From IMG/VR virus record IMGVR_UViG_3300025502_001322, positions 32,001 to 96,000 of that record: a stretch of 64,000 bases of DNA. One strand, given 5' to 3'. Positions 18,880 to 28,680 of this stretch are shown here, piece after piece (positions within the stretch are counted from its first letter, which is position 1; the number at the start of each line of letters is the position of its first letter). The position numbers and the translations under genes are program-made. This DNA is from a virus. Its lineage: Duplodnaviria; Caudoviricetes. The notes below the pieces were generated by a model that ran no database searches, was not told where the DNA came from, and was given only the letters and a program-made list of their open reading frames with translations.

Positions 18880-19486
18880 TGAGGACGTCAGTCCCTGGCA
18901 ACCTATACGTGATTTCGAACAGGAACTAGCCGCATACACTGGCGCACCTTACGCAGTAACAACTGATAGATGCACCCACGCAATAGAAATAGCACTTAGA
19001 TTACGACCACCCACAGAACCTGTTAGATTTACAGCATTTACCTATGTGAGTGTTGTGATGACCATGCACAAACTCGACATAGCTTACGAGTTGATAGACG
19101 AGCAATGGCGTGGCAAATATCAATTTCATAACACTAATATATGGGACTGTGCTAGGTTCTTAGAGCGTGACATGTACGAACCAGGACAAACCCAATGTTT
19201 AAGTTTTGGTAGGACCAAACCACTACCATTGGGCTTTGGTGGTGCTATATTAACTGACGACAAAGAGCTATACGAACGTGCAAGCCGCATGCGTTACGAT
19301 GGCAGAGACTTGTTTAGTCACCAAAAGTGGTCAGAACAAACAGACTGGGAGCCAGGCTTCCATTACTATATGACTCCAGAACAGTGCGAAGTAGCAGGCT
19401 TCCGTCTGGTCAACGAACTCTTAACAATTCAAGAAGATCACCATTACAACTACCCAGACTGTAGACAACTTAATATTAAACATTGA
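18866..19486 (+). CDS. compact DegT/DnrJ-family PLP aminotransferase
   Basis: FEQELAAYTG, TDRCTHAIEIAL, WDCA, LSFGRTKPL.LGFGGA. Confidence 0.8.
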   Translation: METYDEDVSPWQPIRDFEQELAAYTGAPYAVTTDRCTHAIEIALRLRPPTEPVRFTAFTYVSVVMTMHKLDIAYELIDEQWRGKYQFHNTNIWDCARFLERDMYEPGQTQCLSFGRTKPLPLGFGGAILTDDKELYERASRMRYDGRDLFSHQKWSEQTDWEPGFHYYMTPEQCEVAGFRLVNELLTIQEDHHYNYPDCRQLNIKH

Positions 19487-19511
19487 CTTGATTATCTAAA
19501 TATCGTATAAT
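19483..19511 (+). promoter_or_regulatory. sigma70 promoter for folE
   Basis: TTGACT-17-TATAAT. Confidence 0.7.
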
Positions 19512-19554
19512 ACAACATTAAAGAGACTCCCCCTCTTGTTAACTCGGAGATACA

Positions 19555-20235
19555 ATGAAACTATCAACAGCAGAAGTAATTAGACAACGTCTTAAAGTCG
19601 CAGGTGTTAGATTCCATTCTAACGACAATATCAGTGAATATATTAAAGAAGGTGAACTAGACAGTCTTCAAACAGAAGTACAAGATGCAATGCAGAATGT
19701 ATTAGATGCACTCGTTATTGACACAGACAATGACCACAACACACAGGAAACTGCTAAACGTGTTGCTAAGATGTTTGTACATGAAACTTTCAATGGTAGG
19801 TATGTGCCTCGTCCAAGAATAACAAGTTTTCCCAACATGGGTTACAAGAGTTTGTATGTAAGCGGTCCCATTAGCGTTAGGTCAACTTGCGCACATCACT
19901 TTCAGAATATTGTAGGTAAGTGTTGGATTGGTGTACTGCCAGAAGATGAAGTTATCGGACTAAGCAAGTTTAATCGTCTTGTGCATCACATTGCAGAGCG
20001 TCCTCAAATACAGGAAGAGATGACCACACAGATTGCAGAAGAATTAATTAAGTATGCAAAGACTCCTAACATTGCTGTTATAGTTAAAGCAGAACATCAC
20101 TGTATGACTCATAGAGGTGTTAAAGAACATGAGTCAGATATGACTACTGCTATTATGCGTGGTGCGTTTGATGATCATGCTCCTCTTAAGAAAGAGTTTT
20201 ACGATATCGTTATGAACATGAAGGGTCATAGATAA
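19555..20235 (+). CDS. folE: GTP cyclohydrolase I
   Basis: ETAKRVAKM, STCAHHF, GLSKFNR, RPQIQE, HHCMTHRGV. Confidence 0.95.
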   Translation: MKLSTAEVIRQRLKVAGVRFHSNDNISEYIKEGELDSLQTEVQDAMQNVLDALVIDTDNDHNTQETAKRVAKMFVHETFNGRYVPRPRITSFPNMGYKSLYVSGPISVRSTCAHHFQNIVGKCWIGVLPEDEVIGLSKFNRLVHHIAERPQIQEEMTTQIAEELIKYAKTPNIAVIVKAEHHCMTHRGVKEHESDMTTAIMRGAFDDHAPLKKEFYDIVMNMKGHR

Positions 20236-20250
20236 CCTCTATTACTGTAG

Positions 20251-21036
20251 ATGTATAAACGAGCAATCATAACACTAAGTCATATTGAACGTGTTACAGA
20301 CACCATAGACGTAGAGTTTAAATTAAACAACCACAGTTATGCACAGAAGTGGGCAGAGTGTATAAAAACTATTGAAGGTCCCCCCAACGACTTTGGCTTC
20401 CCTAGACGATTAGAAGAAGATCCTGACATATATAAAGCGAGGATTAGCACACATATAGAATCCATTCCTGAATTAGACTTTAGTGTGATTAATCAAGACT
20501 CAGTCAATGCAATACACAGGTACATAGAAGACAATCACAAACAAGCAGACAAACTATTAACACTACACAACGACATACACTATTTGGAGAGTTTATGGGA
20601 AGGGCCAAGAGAAGTAGTGTTTAAAAAGGTACAGTGGGTTCCGCCAGGTAAGAGAATTAAAATGGAGCCAGATGATTACAAGTGTTATACAACTGAACCT
20701 TGTGAGAATTACCTAGAAGCAGACTTTAGTCATGTAGGCAGAACACCACACAATACTTGGTACTACAAAGATGACACAAGTTTGTCAACAAGTTGTCGTA
20801 TACAGGAAGACGTTACTAGTGGTTGTATGTGGTGGTTTACAGACAACAGTCATATATACGAAAACAGACACGGGTTTGTGGAATGGTTTTATCAACACCA
20901 AGCATACTTCCTTCGTAAATATAATATAAATTGGCCACATGATCCACGTGTGTGTTATGGTAGAGTCATACTTGCAACTGCTAAAGAGTTGCCAGGCCCA
21001 GAGTGGGACTTTGTTCAACAATTAAGAGTAGAATGA
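20251..21036 (+). CDS. hypothetical protein (distant paralog of 62274-63428)
   Basis: Shared pattern LNN..YAQKW / NAIH / LHNDIHYLES / DFSHVGRT. Confidence 0.55.
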   Translation: MYKRAIITLSHIERVTDTIDVEFKLNNHSYAQKWAECIKTIEGPPNDFGFPRRLEEDPDIYKARISTHIESIPELDFSVINQDSVNAIHRYIEDNHKQADKLLTLHNDIHYLESLWEGPREVVFKKVQWVPPGKRIKMEPDDYKCYTTEPCENYLEADFSHVGRTPHNTWYYKDDTSLSTSCRIQEDVTSGCMWWFTDNSHIYENRHGFVEWFYQHQAYFLRKYNINWPHDPRVCYGRVILATAKELPGPEWDFVQQLRVE

Positions 21037-22373
21037 AATATCTAATACGTTATAACCCTATAGCAGATTGTGATCCAGAATACCAAGAGCGTATCAAGGA
21101 CATTGCACAGTTTCATCAACAGTTGCCGTTCGATACTGACTTTCAGGTATTAGAAAGTTCTGATTTAGACCAAGCATTTGCAGAAGTATCGGCAGATTCT
21201 GAATGGGTCGTTGTTGTTAGTCTTGGGCACTGTAGTCAAGACAGAAACATGTACGACAAAGCCATTGCCGTTTGCAAAGAAAATAATGTAAAATTAATGT
21301 GCCACCTACTGGACTTTAAAGATCAGTACATACATTTCCATCCGCAGTTTTTTGTCATACACTACCCAAGTTGGATTAAGGCGGGGAGACCTCGCTTTGG
21401 CTACGATGGCGAGGAGCAACAGTTTACAGGACTCGATTATATTCCCAGTAAAGACACGTATCACGATGATTACACACCTGTTAGCCTTAGACCTGGGTTG
21501 CGACGGCGAACATTTCAAGTTCATGAAATGCAAACTGGTGCTTGGGTAATTAAAAACTTCTTAGACAAGGGGTTTAGTATTATTAACGTAACACAAAAAC
21601 TAAGAGATAATACGTTTCACTTATATCCAGACATAGAGTCCGACGAGTTTTATAATTTTTTAAAGACAGGTGAATATACTGGGTCACAGTCAAGTCAGGA
21701 GTGGTATGTTGGGCTTATTAAACATCTAGCACGTAACGTAAAACACCAGTTCTATCCTCTTAACACAGAACCTGTTGGTAATGACAAGATCGATTTTAGT
21801 ATAAACAACTTCATATGTGTAGCAAGCGGCTTAAAACCTTGGTTACTACCAATGTATTATGCTAACGAAACAGACCCTTTGAGTATTAATTTTTGCGATT
21901 TTTCAGATGCCGCGGTGCAATTTCAACAGCATTTAAGCACTTGGTCGGGCGAAGTTGGAACCTTTAATGCAACTGTACAGCAATTTCTTAAAGAACACCC
22001 TGAGTTTGAGAGTTGTGATCCTCCAGGCGCATACGACACCGAGCTTGTTCGACAGTTAACTAATATTAACATAGCCCCTAAGGTTTTTCAGGCTGTCTGG
22101 AGTCAGATACCCAAGGATCAGCCATGCAGTTTATTAAATTTGTATACCGAAGAAGGACAGGATCAGATAATTAACATAGTTGCCAACAATGATACCACAT
22201 ACGTGTGGTTAAGCAATGCATTCTATATGGAGTATGCATTAGTTACTGTTGGTAAAAAGAAGGTATACGAATATAGACAACGTCTTATAGATGGGCTAAC
22301 CGCAACTGGTAAGCGTTTTGTGTTAGACTTGATGGATCCTTGGCAACAAGGACCGGTAACCTTCAATGACTAA
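21033..22373 (+). CDS. hypothetical protein, possibly glycosyltransferase plus methyltransferase-like domains
   Basis: Long ORF; CVASGLKP and NFCDFSDAA Rossmann-like segment; function unresolved. Confidence 0.45.
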   Translation: MKYLIRYNPIADCDPEYQERIKDIAQFHQQLPFDTDFQVLESSDLDQAFAEVSADSEWVVVVSLGHCSQDRNMYDKAIAVCKENNVKLMCHLLDFKDQYIHFHPQFFVIHYPSWIKAGRPRFGYDGEEQQFTGLDYIPSKDTYHDDYTPVSLRPGLRRRTFQVHEMQTGAWVIKNFLDKGFSIINVTQKLRDNTFHLYPDIESDEFYNFLKTGEYTGSQSSQEWYVGLIKHLARNVKHQFYPLNTEPVGNDKIDFSINNFICVASGLKPWLLPMYYANETDPLSINFCDFSDAAVQFQQHLSTWSGEVGTFNATVQQFLKEHPEFESCDPPGAYDTELVRQLTNINIAPKVFQAVWSQIPKDQPCSLLNLYTEEGQDQIINIVANNDTTYVWLSNAFYMEYALVTVGKKKVYEYRQRLIDGLTATGKRFVLDLMDPWQQGPVTFND

Positions 22374-23048
22374 TTGTCGAAAACGTTCAGCAACTCTATA
22401 ATCGTCTGGGTAACCATGTATAATCATATGATATCTATCATGTTCACTGTCATTAAAAACAGCATGTTCAAAGTTGTTGGCAAAAAGAAATATACTACCC
22501 ATTTGATTGAATGGTACAGTACCTTGGTCTTTAACTACCAATTTGCAGCCGTCAGGATTCCATAAACTTATGTTTACTGCATTTAATCCGTATGTGTTGC
22601 CGTCAGTATGTGGTAAAATATATCCGCCCGGCTTAACCTTCATAAAACGAACACGGTGATAAACATCATATGGAAAGTGTTGTGCTAACCACAGTTTCGT
22701 ATAAGGAGCATCTATGTCTGTCCAGTCATATGGTACATTTCTATTTGACAAATCCTTGTATTCCGTATATAATTCATAATGATCCGTATAACTTTGACTA
22801 ATACCATGAACACAAACACTGGACCAACCGCTACTGTCGTTATCCCTATGTTCGTGATAAGTAGCACGTTCGGCTTCTGCATGCAACACCGGCCATTGTG
22901 CATGAATATAAAGAGGAATATAGGGCAGGTTACTTTCTGTCACAATCCATTCGTAGTCAGCATCTCTAGGAAGTTGACTAACGTCAGGACTGCAATCAGA
23001 ATTACTAGCAATAAATGTTTCGAGTTTGTCCACAAAATTATTTACCAT
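22323..23048 (-). CDS. aspartyl/asparaginyl beta-hydroxylase-like 2OG-Fe(II) dioxygenase
   Basis: RVRFMKVKPGGYILPHTD...EHAVFNDSEHDRYHMIIH. Confidence 0.8.
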   Translation of the reverse strand: MVNNFVDKLETFIASNSDCSPDVSQLPRDADYEWIVTESNLPYIPLYIHAQWPVLHAEAERATYHEHRDNDSSGWSSVCVHGISQSYTDHYELYTEYKDLSNRNVPYDWTDIDAPYTKLWLAQHFPYDVYHRVRFMKVKPGGYILPHTDGNTYGLNAVNISLWNPDGCKLVVKDQGTVPFNQMGSIFLFANNFEHAVFNDSEHDRYHMIIHGYPDDYRVAERFRQLVIEGYRSLLPRIHQV

Positions 23049-23082
23049 AATACAAGTAGTCTAGATATAAGCAGAGGTTAAA

Positions 23083-23958
23083 ATGAAATTTAAAGTAAGT
23101 GAAATATTTTACAGTCTACAGGGAGAGGGGAGATTTGTAGGAGTACCCAGTGTATTCTTAAGACTGTTTGGGTGTAACTTCGAATGTCCAGGTTTCGGTT
23201 TGCCTAAAGGTAAGAAGACTGAAGAAGTCGACAACATAATTAAACTGGTAGAACAAGATCCCGACAAGTACAAACGACTAGAAGACCTTCCACTTGTTAC
23301 AACAGGCTGTGATAGTTATGCAAGTTGGCATCCAAAGTTTAAAAAGTATTCGCCAACTTATGACATAGACACACTTGTTGGTAAATTAACCGACTTACTC
23401 CCTAATAACACATGGCGACAAGATAATGGATCAGACATACACCTAGTTGTTACTGGTGGAGAACCATTATTAGGCTGGCAACGTATATACTCGCACTTAC
23501 TAGAACATGACAAAATGAGTAACTTGCAGAATATAACGTTTGAGACAAACGGCACACAAAAGTTACATGATGACTTTAAGGCATTCTTTCACACATGGAA
23601 GAATGATTATCATAACTACCACAACTTAACATTTAGTGTTAGTCCTAAACTAAGTGCTAGTGGTGAAGCGTGGGACGATGCTATCATGCCAGAAGTAGTT
23701 GCTGAGTATAACTGGATAGGCAACACGTATTTGAAGTTTGTAGTAGAGAATGATGAACACATGGCTGAAGTAGATGAAGCTGTTAATGCATATCGTAAAG
23801 CAGGAGTAAACGGTAACGTTTATATTATGCCTGTTGGTGGGGTAGCAGAAGCATATAATCAAAATAACAAACGGGTAGCCGAATATGCACTAAGTAAAGG
23901 TTACAGATACAGTCCCAGATTGCACGTAGATATCTGGGGCAACAGTTGGAGTACTTAA
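23083..23958 (+). CDS. queE: 7-carboxy-7-deazaguanine synthase (radical SAM)
   Basis: EIFYSLQGEG, FLRLFGCNFEC...GCDS, VTGGEPLL, ETNGT, SPKL, SPRLHVDIWG. Confidence 0.93.
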   Translation: MKFKVSEIFYSLQGEGRFVGVPSVFLRLFGCNFECPGFGLPKGKKTEEVDNIIKLVEQDPDKYKRLEDLPLVTTGCDSYASWHPKFKKYSPTYDIDTLVGKLTDLLPNNTWRQDNGSDIHLVVTGGEPLLGWQRIYSHLLEHDKMSNLQNITFETNGTQKLHDDFKAFFHTWKNDYHNYHNLTFSVSPKLSASGEAWDDAIMPEVVAEYNWIGNTYLKFVVENDEHMAEVDEAVNAYRKAGVNGNVYIMPVGGVAEAYNQNNKRVAEYALSKGYRYSPRLHVDIWGNSWST

Positions 23959-24332
23959 TGATTGATAAAATTAAAAACTTTTTTAAGAAAAACGAAGAGC
24001 CTGCACCTAGGCAACAACGCAAGTCTAAAAAGTCTGACAAAGACATAGCAACCGAAAAGAAAGAACCTTGGGTCAGCGTATTACAAGTTGAGCTTGATCC
24101 TGATAATATAGGTAACGGTAGTTTTGAACTAGACTGGAACGATTTCTTTGTTGCTAAACTTGTTAGGTCGGGCTACCCTGGCAAAACAGATCAAGACATT
24201 GTTGATAACTGGTTTCAAGATGTATGCAGGCATATTGTACTAGAGACACATCAACAGTATGATGCTAATGTTAGCCGTGCTGACAGAGTTAATAAAAAAG
24301 ACTTAGGTGACGGTAGGTCAGAATATAATTAA
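23958..24332 (+). CDS. conserved hypothetical phage protein
   Basis: FELDWND.FVAKL..GY; start coupled to queE stop. Confidence 0.6.
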   Translation: MIDKIKNFFKKNEEPAPRQQRKSKKSDKDIATEKKEPWVSVLQVELDPDNIGNGSFELDWNDFFVAKLVRSGYPGKTDQDIVDNWFQDVCRHIVLETHQQYDANVSRADRVNKKDLGDGRSEYN

Positions 24333-24333
24333 C

Positions 24334-24525
24334 ATGGGTATGGTGACACGACATCATGATGTAGAAAAAACACCATGGGAAGAATGGTTTGCGTGGAGAC
24401 CAGTTATGACGTTAGACGGAGAAACTATCTGGTGTCGTAAGTGTTACAGAAGATATGTAAAGTTCTATCATGGAGTTAACCCTAATCGCTGGCAATACGC
24501 CAATATTTTTACAATACTAAAATGA
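24334..24525 (+). CDS. hypothetical protein
   Basis: WEEWFAWRPV...W pattern. Confidence 0.55.
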   Translation: MGMVTRHHDVEKTPWEEWFAWRPVMTLDGETIWCRKCYRRYVKFYHGVNPNRWQYANIFTILK

Positions 24526-25268
24526 TACTATACACAAACGGTTGCAGTCACGTTGCAGGTGCAGAAGCACTTAACACATATTGTTTTGCAGAAGATGATT
24601 CACAATACTTCTATCTAAAACGTAAACCACATCCAGCTAACTTAGCAGTGAGTTTTAGTGCTATTTTAGCCAAACTACTACAAGCACGTTTATATTGTGA
24701 TGCTGAAAGTGCCGCCAGTAACGATCGAATTGTTAGAACTACTCGAGACTTTATTAAAGGACAATATAAAGAAAACGTAAAAGAAGATGTGTTTGTACTA
24801 ATTGGTTGGACTACGTGGGAACGTGAGGAATGGGAACACGAAGGCGAATACTATCAGGTTAATAGTAGTGGGTTAGATGCTCTTCCTGAACCTTTACAAC
24901 TAAAGTATAAGCATTGGATAGTGGGAAAGGCAAGTAACTGGCAAGCACATCAGCAAAAATGGCACAGACAAGTATGGGATCTACATTGCGAACTACAGGA
25001 ACAAAATATCAAACACTTATTTTTTAACAGTCATATCGCCTTCAGTCTGATACAAGAACAAGATCAAAAAGACTGGGGCGATAGCTATGTAGACCCTTAC
25101 ACTGAATCACAATCATATTTTAACCTAATGAACACAAAAGGATTCAGTGTTCGACCTAGTGTTGCCGCTGATATGGGCGGTGGTCACTACATGGCTGACG
25201 GTCACCAAACCTGGGCACATCACTTGTTGCCGCACTTGACAAAAGCACTGAGTGGCCCTATAATATAG
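24522..25268 (+). CDS. SGNH-like hypothetical protein
   Basis: YTNGCSH, IGWT..ER, GGH...GH; similar to 60797-61423 and 61487-62299. Confidence 0.6.
   Translation: MILYTNGCSHVAGAEALNTYCFAEDDSQYFYLKRKPHPANLAVSFSAILAKLLQARLYCDAESAASNDRIVRTTRDFIKGQYKENVKEDVFVLIGWTTWEREEWEHEGEYYQVNSSGLDALPEPLQLKYKHWIVGKASNWQAHQQKWHRQVWDLHCELQEQNIKHLFFNSHIAFSLIQEQDQKDWGDSYVDPYTESQSYFNLMNTKGFSVRPSVAADMGGGHYMADGHQTWAHHLLPHLTKALSGPII
25236..25264 (+). promoter_or_regulatory. consensus sigma70 promoter (GAGT class)
   Basis: TTGACA-17-TATAAT, GAGT at 25250-25253. Confidence 0.75.
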
Positions 25269-25271
25269 TAT

Positions 25272-26261
25272 ATGAGATACTTAATAGTCGACTTAGCAAA
25301 CACATTCTTTAGAGCCCGCCACATTGCACATCGTGGGTCAGATCAATGGACTAAACTGGGATTTGCAGTACACCTTACATTAGGTAGTGTTGCTAAAGCC
25401 TGGCGAGACCAAGCCGCAGGACACGTAGTGTTTTGCCTAGAAGGCAGATCCTGGCGTAAAGACTTTTACGAACCCTACAAGAAAAACAGGAAAGTGGCAC
25501 GTGATGCACTAACAGAAGCAGAGGCAGAAGAAGATCAACTGTTCTGGGATACATTTGACGATATCAAAACATTCCTAACAGAGAAGTCGAACTGCACTGT
25601 TATGCGACATCCTGAACTGGAAGCAGATGACTTAATTGCAGGTTGGGTACAAGCACACCCTAACGATCATCATACTATTGTGTCTAGTGACACAGACTTT
25701 TATCAGCTGTTAGCTAAGAATGTTAAACAGTATAATGGTATTACTGATGAGTTGCATACACTCGAGGGTGTGTTTAACAAAAAAAGCGAACCTGTACTGG
25801 ACAAGAAAACTAAAGAACCTAAAGAAGTTAATCCACAGTGGATGTTGTTTGAGAAGTGTATGCGTGGTGACACCAGTGATAATGTGTTTTCAGCATATCC
25901 TGGTGTGCGTAAGAAAGGCACTAAGAACAAGATTGGGTTGTTAGAAGCATTTGCAGATAAGGGCAAGAAGGGGTTCAACTGGAACAACATGATGTTACAA
26001 CGTTGGTCAGATCATAATGGTGTTGAGCATCGAGTGCTAGACGACTATCAGCGTAACGTAACACTTGTCGACTTAACTGCACAACCAGACGACATTAAAC
26101 GAAAGATTGCTGAAACAATAGCAGAAGCCAGTAGTCCCAAAACTACTAGCATGGTGGGTGCTAAATTTCTTAAGTTCTGTGGCAAGTACGAGCTAACTAA
26201 ACTGTCAGACGATGCACAAAGGTATGCTGATCTACTAGGCTCTCCCTATCCGGCTTCTTAA
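25272..26261 (+). CDS. 5'-3' exonuclease / T4-type RNase H
   Basis: IVDLAN, YK.NR, EADDLI, SSDTDFYQL, GDTSDNV. Confidence 0.9.
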   Translation: MRYLIVDLANTFFRARHIAHRGSDQWTKLGFAVHLTLGSVAKAWRDQAAGHVVFCLEGRSWRKDFYEPYKKNRKVARDALTEAEAEEDQLFWDTFDDIKTFLTEKSNCTVMRHPELEADDLIAGWVQAHPNDHHTIVSSDTDFYQLLAKNVKQYNGITDELHTLEGVFNKKSEPVLDKKTKEPKEVNPQWMLFEKCMRGDTSDNVFSAYPGVRKKGTKNKIGLLEAFADKGKKGFNWNNMMLQRWSDHNGVEHRVLDDYQRNVTLVDLTAQPDDIKRKIAETIAEASSPKTTSMVGAKFLKFCGKYELTKLSDDAQRYADLLGSPYPAS

Positions 26262-26272
26262 TAAATACTGAT

Positions 26273-26770
26273 ATGCTTACATCAATTAAAATTGGAATCG
26301 TCATAGCCATAGTTGGCGCACTTAGTGGTGGTGCATTGTATGTTAAAAACCTACGCAGTGACTTAGAAACATCAAGAATTAATCAGAAACTGCTAGAACA
26401 AACAGTTGCCGAGCAAAAACAACTGATGGTTGTTAAAGAGAAAGACATCGAATTACAGAAGAAGATCCACAAAGAGTTGGATAATACTCGCAAGGCAAGT
26501 GAACAGCGTATCGATGACCTTAACGATAAACTTAATAAAGTTAACGAAGCAACAGGCAAGCGTCGTGATATTAATGAAGCCGCTGTTAGAAAAACAACGT
26601 TGGTTACAAAAATCATCAATAATGCCAGCAAAAATGTTATGAGGTGTTTTGAGATTGCTGGTGGCAGTCCGTTAACTCCAGATGAGGCGGAGGCTACTAA
26701 GAAAAGCCAGGCTAACAACGAGTGTCCTGATCTAGCAAATCCAAACTATACACCCAAGGAGCAGCCATGA
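26273..26770 (+). CDS. inner-membrane spanin (Rz-like)
   Basis: N-terminal TM segment plus long coiled coil with Cys; adjacent to a lipoprotein. Confidence 0.7.
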   Translation: MLTSIKIGIVIAIVGALSGGALYVKNLRSDLETSRINQKLLEQTVAEQKQLMVVKEKDIELQKKIHKELDNTRKASEQRIDDLNDKLNKVNEATGKRRDINEAAVRKTTLVTKIINNASKNVMRCFEIAGGSPLTPDEAEATKKSQANNECPDLANPNYTPKEQP

Positions 26771-27150
26771 GATATCTACTGATTTTATCGTTAGTGTTTG
26801 TAACTGGATGTTCCATGTTCAGTAAGAGAGAACCTGAGATCGTAATTAAGACAAAACTGGTAGAGCGTGAGCCGTTAGGCTTAGAAGCCCCAGCACCATT
26901 ACGCTTAAAAAGTCCTGAGTGGATAATTGTTACTGAGGTAAACCTTGAGGAACTAATCGAGGAACGCAAAAAGAACCCTGATGATTTTATAGCGTTTTAC
27001 AGTCTTGATGAAACTGGCTATAAACAACTTGCAATTAATATGCAAGAACTATTACGCCTAGTTCAGGAACAAAAACTAATTATAGTAAAGTACAAAGAAT
27101 ACTACGAGCAAACCGATCGAAGCACTCCTGAGGAAGCTGAAACAAAATAG
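26767..27150 (+). CDS. outer-membrane spanin lipoprotein (Rz1-like)
   Basis: Lipobox FVTGC; overlaps the i-spanin stop. Confidence 0.7.
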   Translation: MRYLLILSLVFVTGCSMFSKREPEIVIKTKLVEREPLGLEAPAPLRLKSPEWIIVTEVNLEELIEERKKNPDDFIAFYSLDETGYKQLAINMQELLRLVQEQKLIIVKYKEYYEQTDRSTPEEAETK

Positions 27151-27178
27151 AACTTGGTTAACAGTAATAAGTAGAAGT

Positions 27179-27541
27179 ATGAGAAAACTACTATTACTAC
27201 TACTCTTGCCGTTTACAGCACAAGCAGAATACGCAGACTGGGACAAATACGACAAAGAGTTGTTTTGGATGTCAACCACAGCTATTGCTGTGGATCACTT
27301 AACCACAAGAGATATGGCTAGTAGGTATGATGAAGGATACGTAGAACACAATCCTTTACTGGGCAATAGGCCCGATACAGATACGGTGGATCTGTTTTTT
27401 CTATTAAACTATGTTACACATTACTATCTAACAGACTATTTACAAGGCGAACATAGACCTGTGTATCTAACTGCTAGGCTCGTGGTCAACGGCCTAGCTT
27501 CTGCAAACAATCTTAAGATAGGGTTGGGACTTAGGTTTTAA
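27179..27541 (+). CDS. membrane/secreted hypothetical protein
   Basis: Signal peptide; E.NPLLG motif. Confidence 0.6.
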   Translation: MRKLLLLLLLPFTAQAEYADWDKYDKELFWMSTTAIAVDHLTTRDMASRYDEGYVEHNPLLGNRPDTDTVDLFFLLNYVTHYYLTDYLQGEHRPVYLTARLVVNGLASANNLKIGLGLRF

Positions 27542-28463
27542 AACAGTCTTTAATATTGTTATCATACTCATTATCAAAGAACAGAGCTTGGTTAGCCCTA
27601 AGTTTATTAATATTATCTAGGTAGAATTCAGTTAGGGCATGCTTGTGTGTGCCCATACAGAATTTACGCAAACACTGACAAAATTGTTCCAGTCTATTAT
27701 AATCATCAAGCACTTGGTCATATGTAAAATCAAATAAATCGCCCAACCAGAACCCTTTTGCACCCAGTTTTTTAACTTGGAAGGGCGCACTATATAGCAT
27801 TACTAAGTGACCCCTACTTAATGCATGGTACGTACTAAGGCCCAACTGAGGCTCTTCAATCACACTTACCATGGTGTGTATAAAATCACCACCATCAGTA
27901 ACTTGTCCTGAATAGTCACTAAACACCAGGTCCCTTAGTTCTGAAACACCGCCATCAAATTTCAGTATATTGCCAATATTTTTCTCTGCCAGTAGCATAG
28001 GCATATGGTAATCCTGATATTGCCAGAACTTTGTGGGATCCTGTACGTCTTGTGTGGCATAGTACTTAAAATGATTCCATGACCAGTCATATCTAACAGT
28101 GTTGTATTCTGTTTCAACTAGTTTGTCAGTAACAAGCACAAGTTCTTTATCGTAGAATAGTTTTTTAACTTCGGTGTAGTCTACTTCAGGGTAACCTATA
28201 TCCCATAAGATAATCCTTTGGCAAAACCTATAGTGTGCCCGTAACCTGTCTCTGTAATACTGATTCTCCAACCACACAGGATCACCTGACACATAATATG
28301 GTGGCAACCAACCTATTGTGCTTTCAGGATGGAACTCAAATTCTATGTTATGGAACAACGACATGGCGTTGGTAAAATAATTAAATTCTTTTTCCAGTTT
28401 TTGATAGGCACTGTCTTCTCTAGGGAAAACAAATTTAATTCCAGGCTGTAGTGTTAGTTTCAT
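27531..28463 (-). CDS. hypothetical protein (degenerate relative of 57347-58405)
   Basis: 310-aa ORF; LGAKGFWLGDLFDFTYDQVLDDYNRL resembles LKSYGFKSFDKWIDESYDLIEDD. Confidence 0.55.
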   Translation of the reverse strand: MKLTLQPGIKFVFPREDSAYQKLEKEFNYFTNAMSLFHNIEFEFHPESTIGWLPPYYVSGDPVWLENQYYRDRLRAHYRFCQRIILWDIGYPEVDYTEVKKLFYDKELVLVTDKLVETEYNTVRYDWSWNHFKYYATQDVQDPTKFWQYQDYHMPMLLAEKNIGNILKFDGGVSELRDLVFSDYSGQVTDGGDFIHTMVSVIEEPQLGLSTYHALSRGHLVMLYSAPFQVKKLGAKGFWLGDLFDFTYDQVLDDYNRLEQFCQCLRKFCMGTHKHALTEFYLDNINKLRANQALFFDNEYDNNIKDCFKT

Positions 28464-28583
28464 TATGCTTCTTTAATGAATATCAGTATGTACTTTAGGA
28501 TAATCTCTCTATATACTTATGTTAAATACTAGCGTTGGAACATTGTTTTAACATTAATTAATTAATCACTGAAAGGAAATACT

Positions 28584-28655
28584 ATGTGGAGCAAGCCCGA
28601 GTACACAGAAATGCGTTATGGCTTCGAAATTTCAATGTACATTGCACATCGCTAA
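28584..28655 (+). CDS. pqqA: PQQ precursor peptide PqqA, 23 aa
   Basis: MWSKPEYTEMRYGFEISMYIAHR with the ExxxY core; SD GAAAGGA; TAAATA at 28523; terminator downstream. Confidence 0.9.
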   Translation: MWSKPEYTEMRYGFEISMYIAHR

Positions 28656-28680
28656 TATACATTAATTTTTAAAGAAACAA

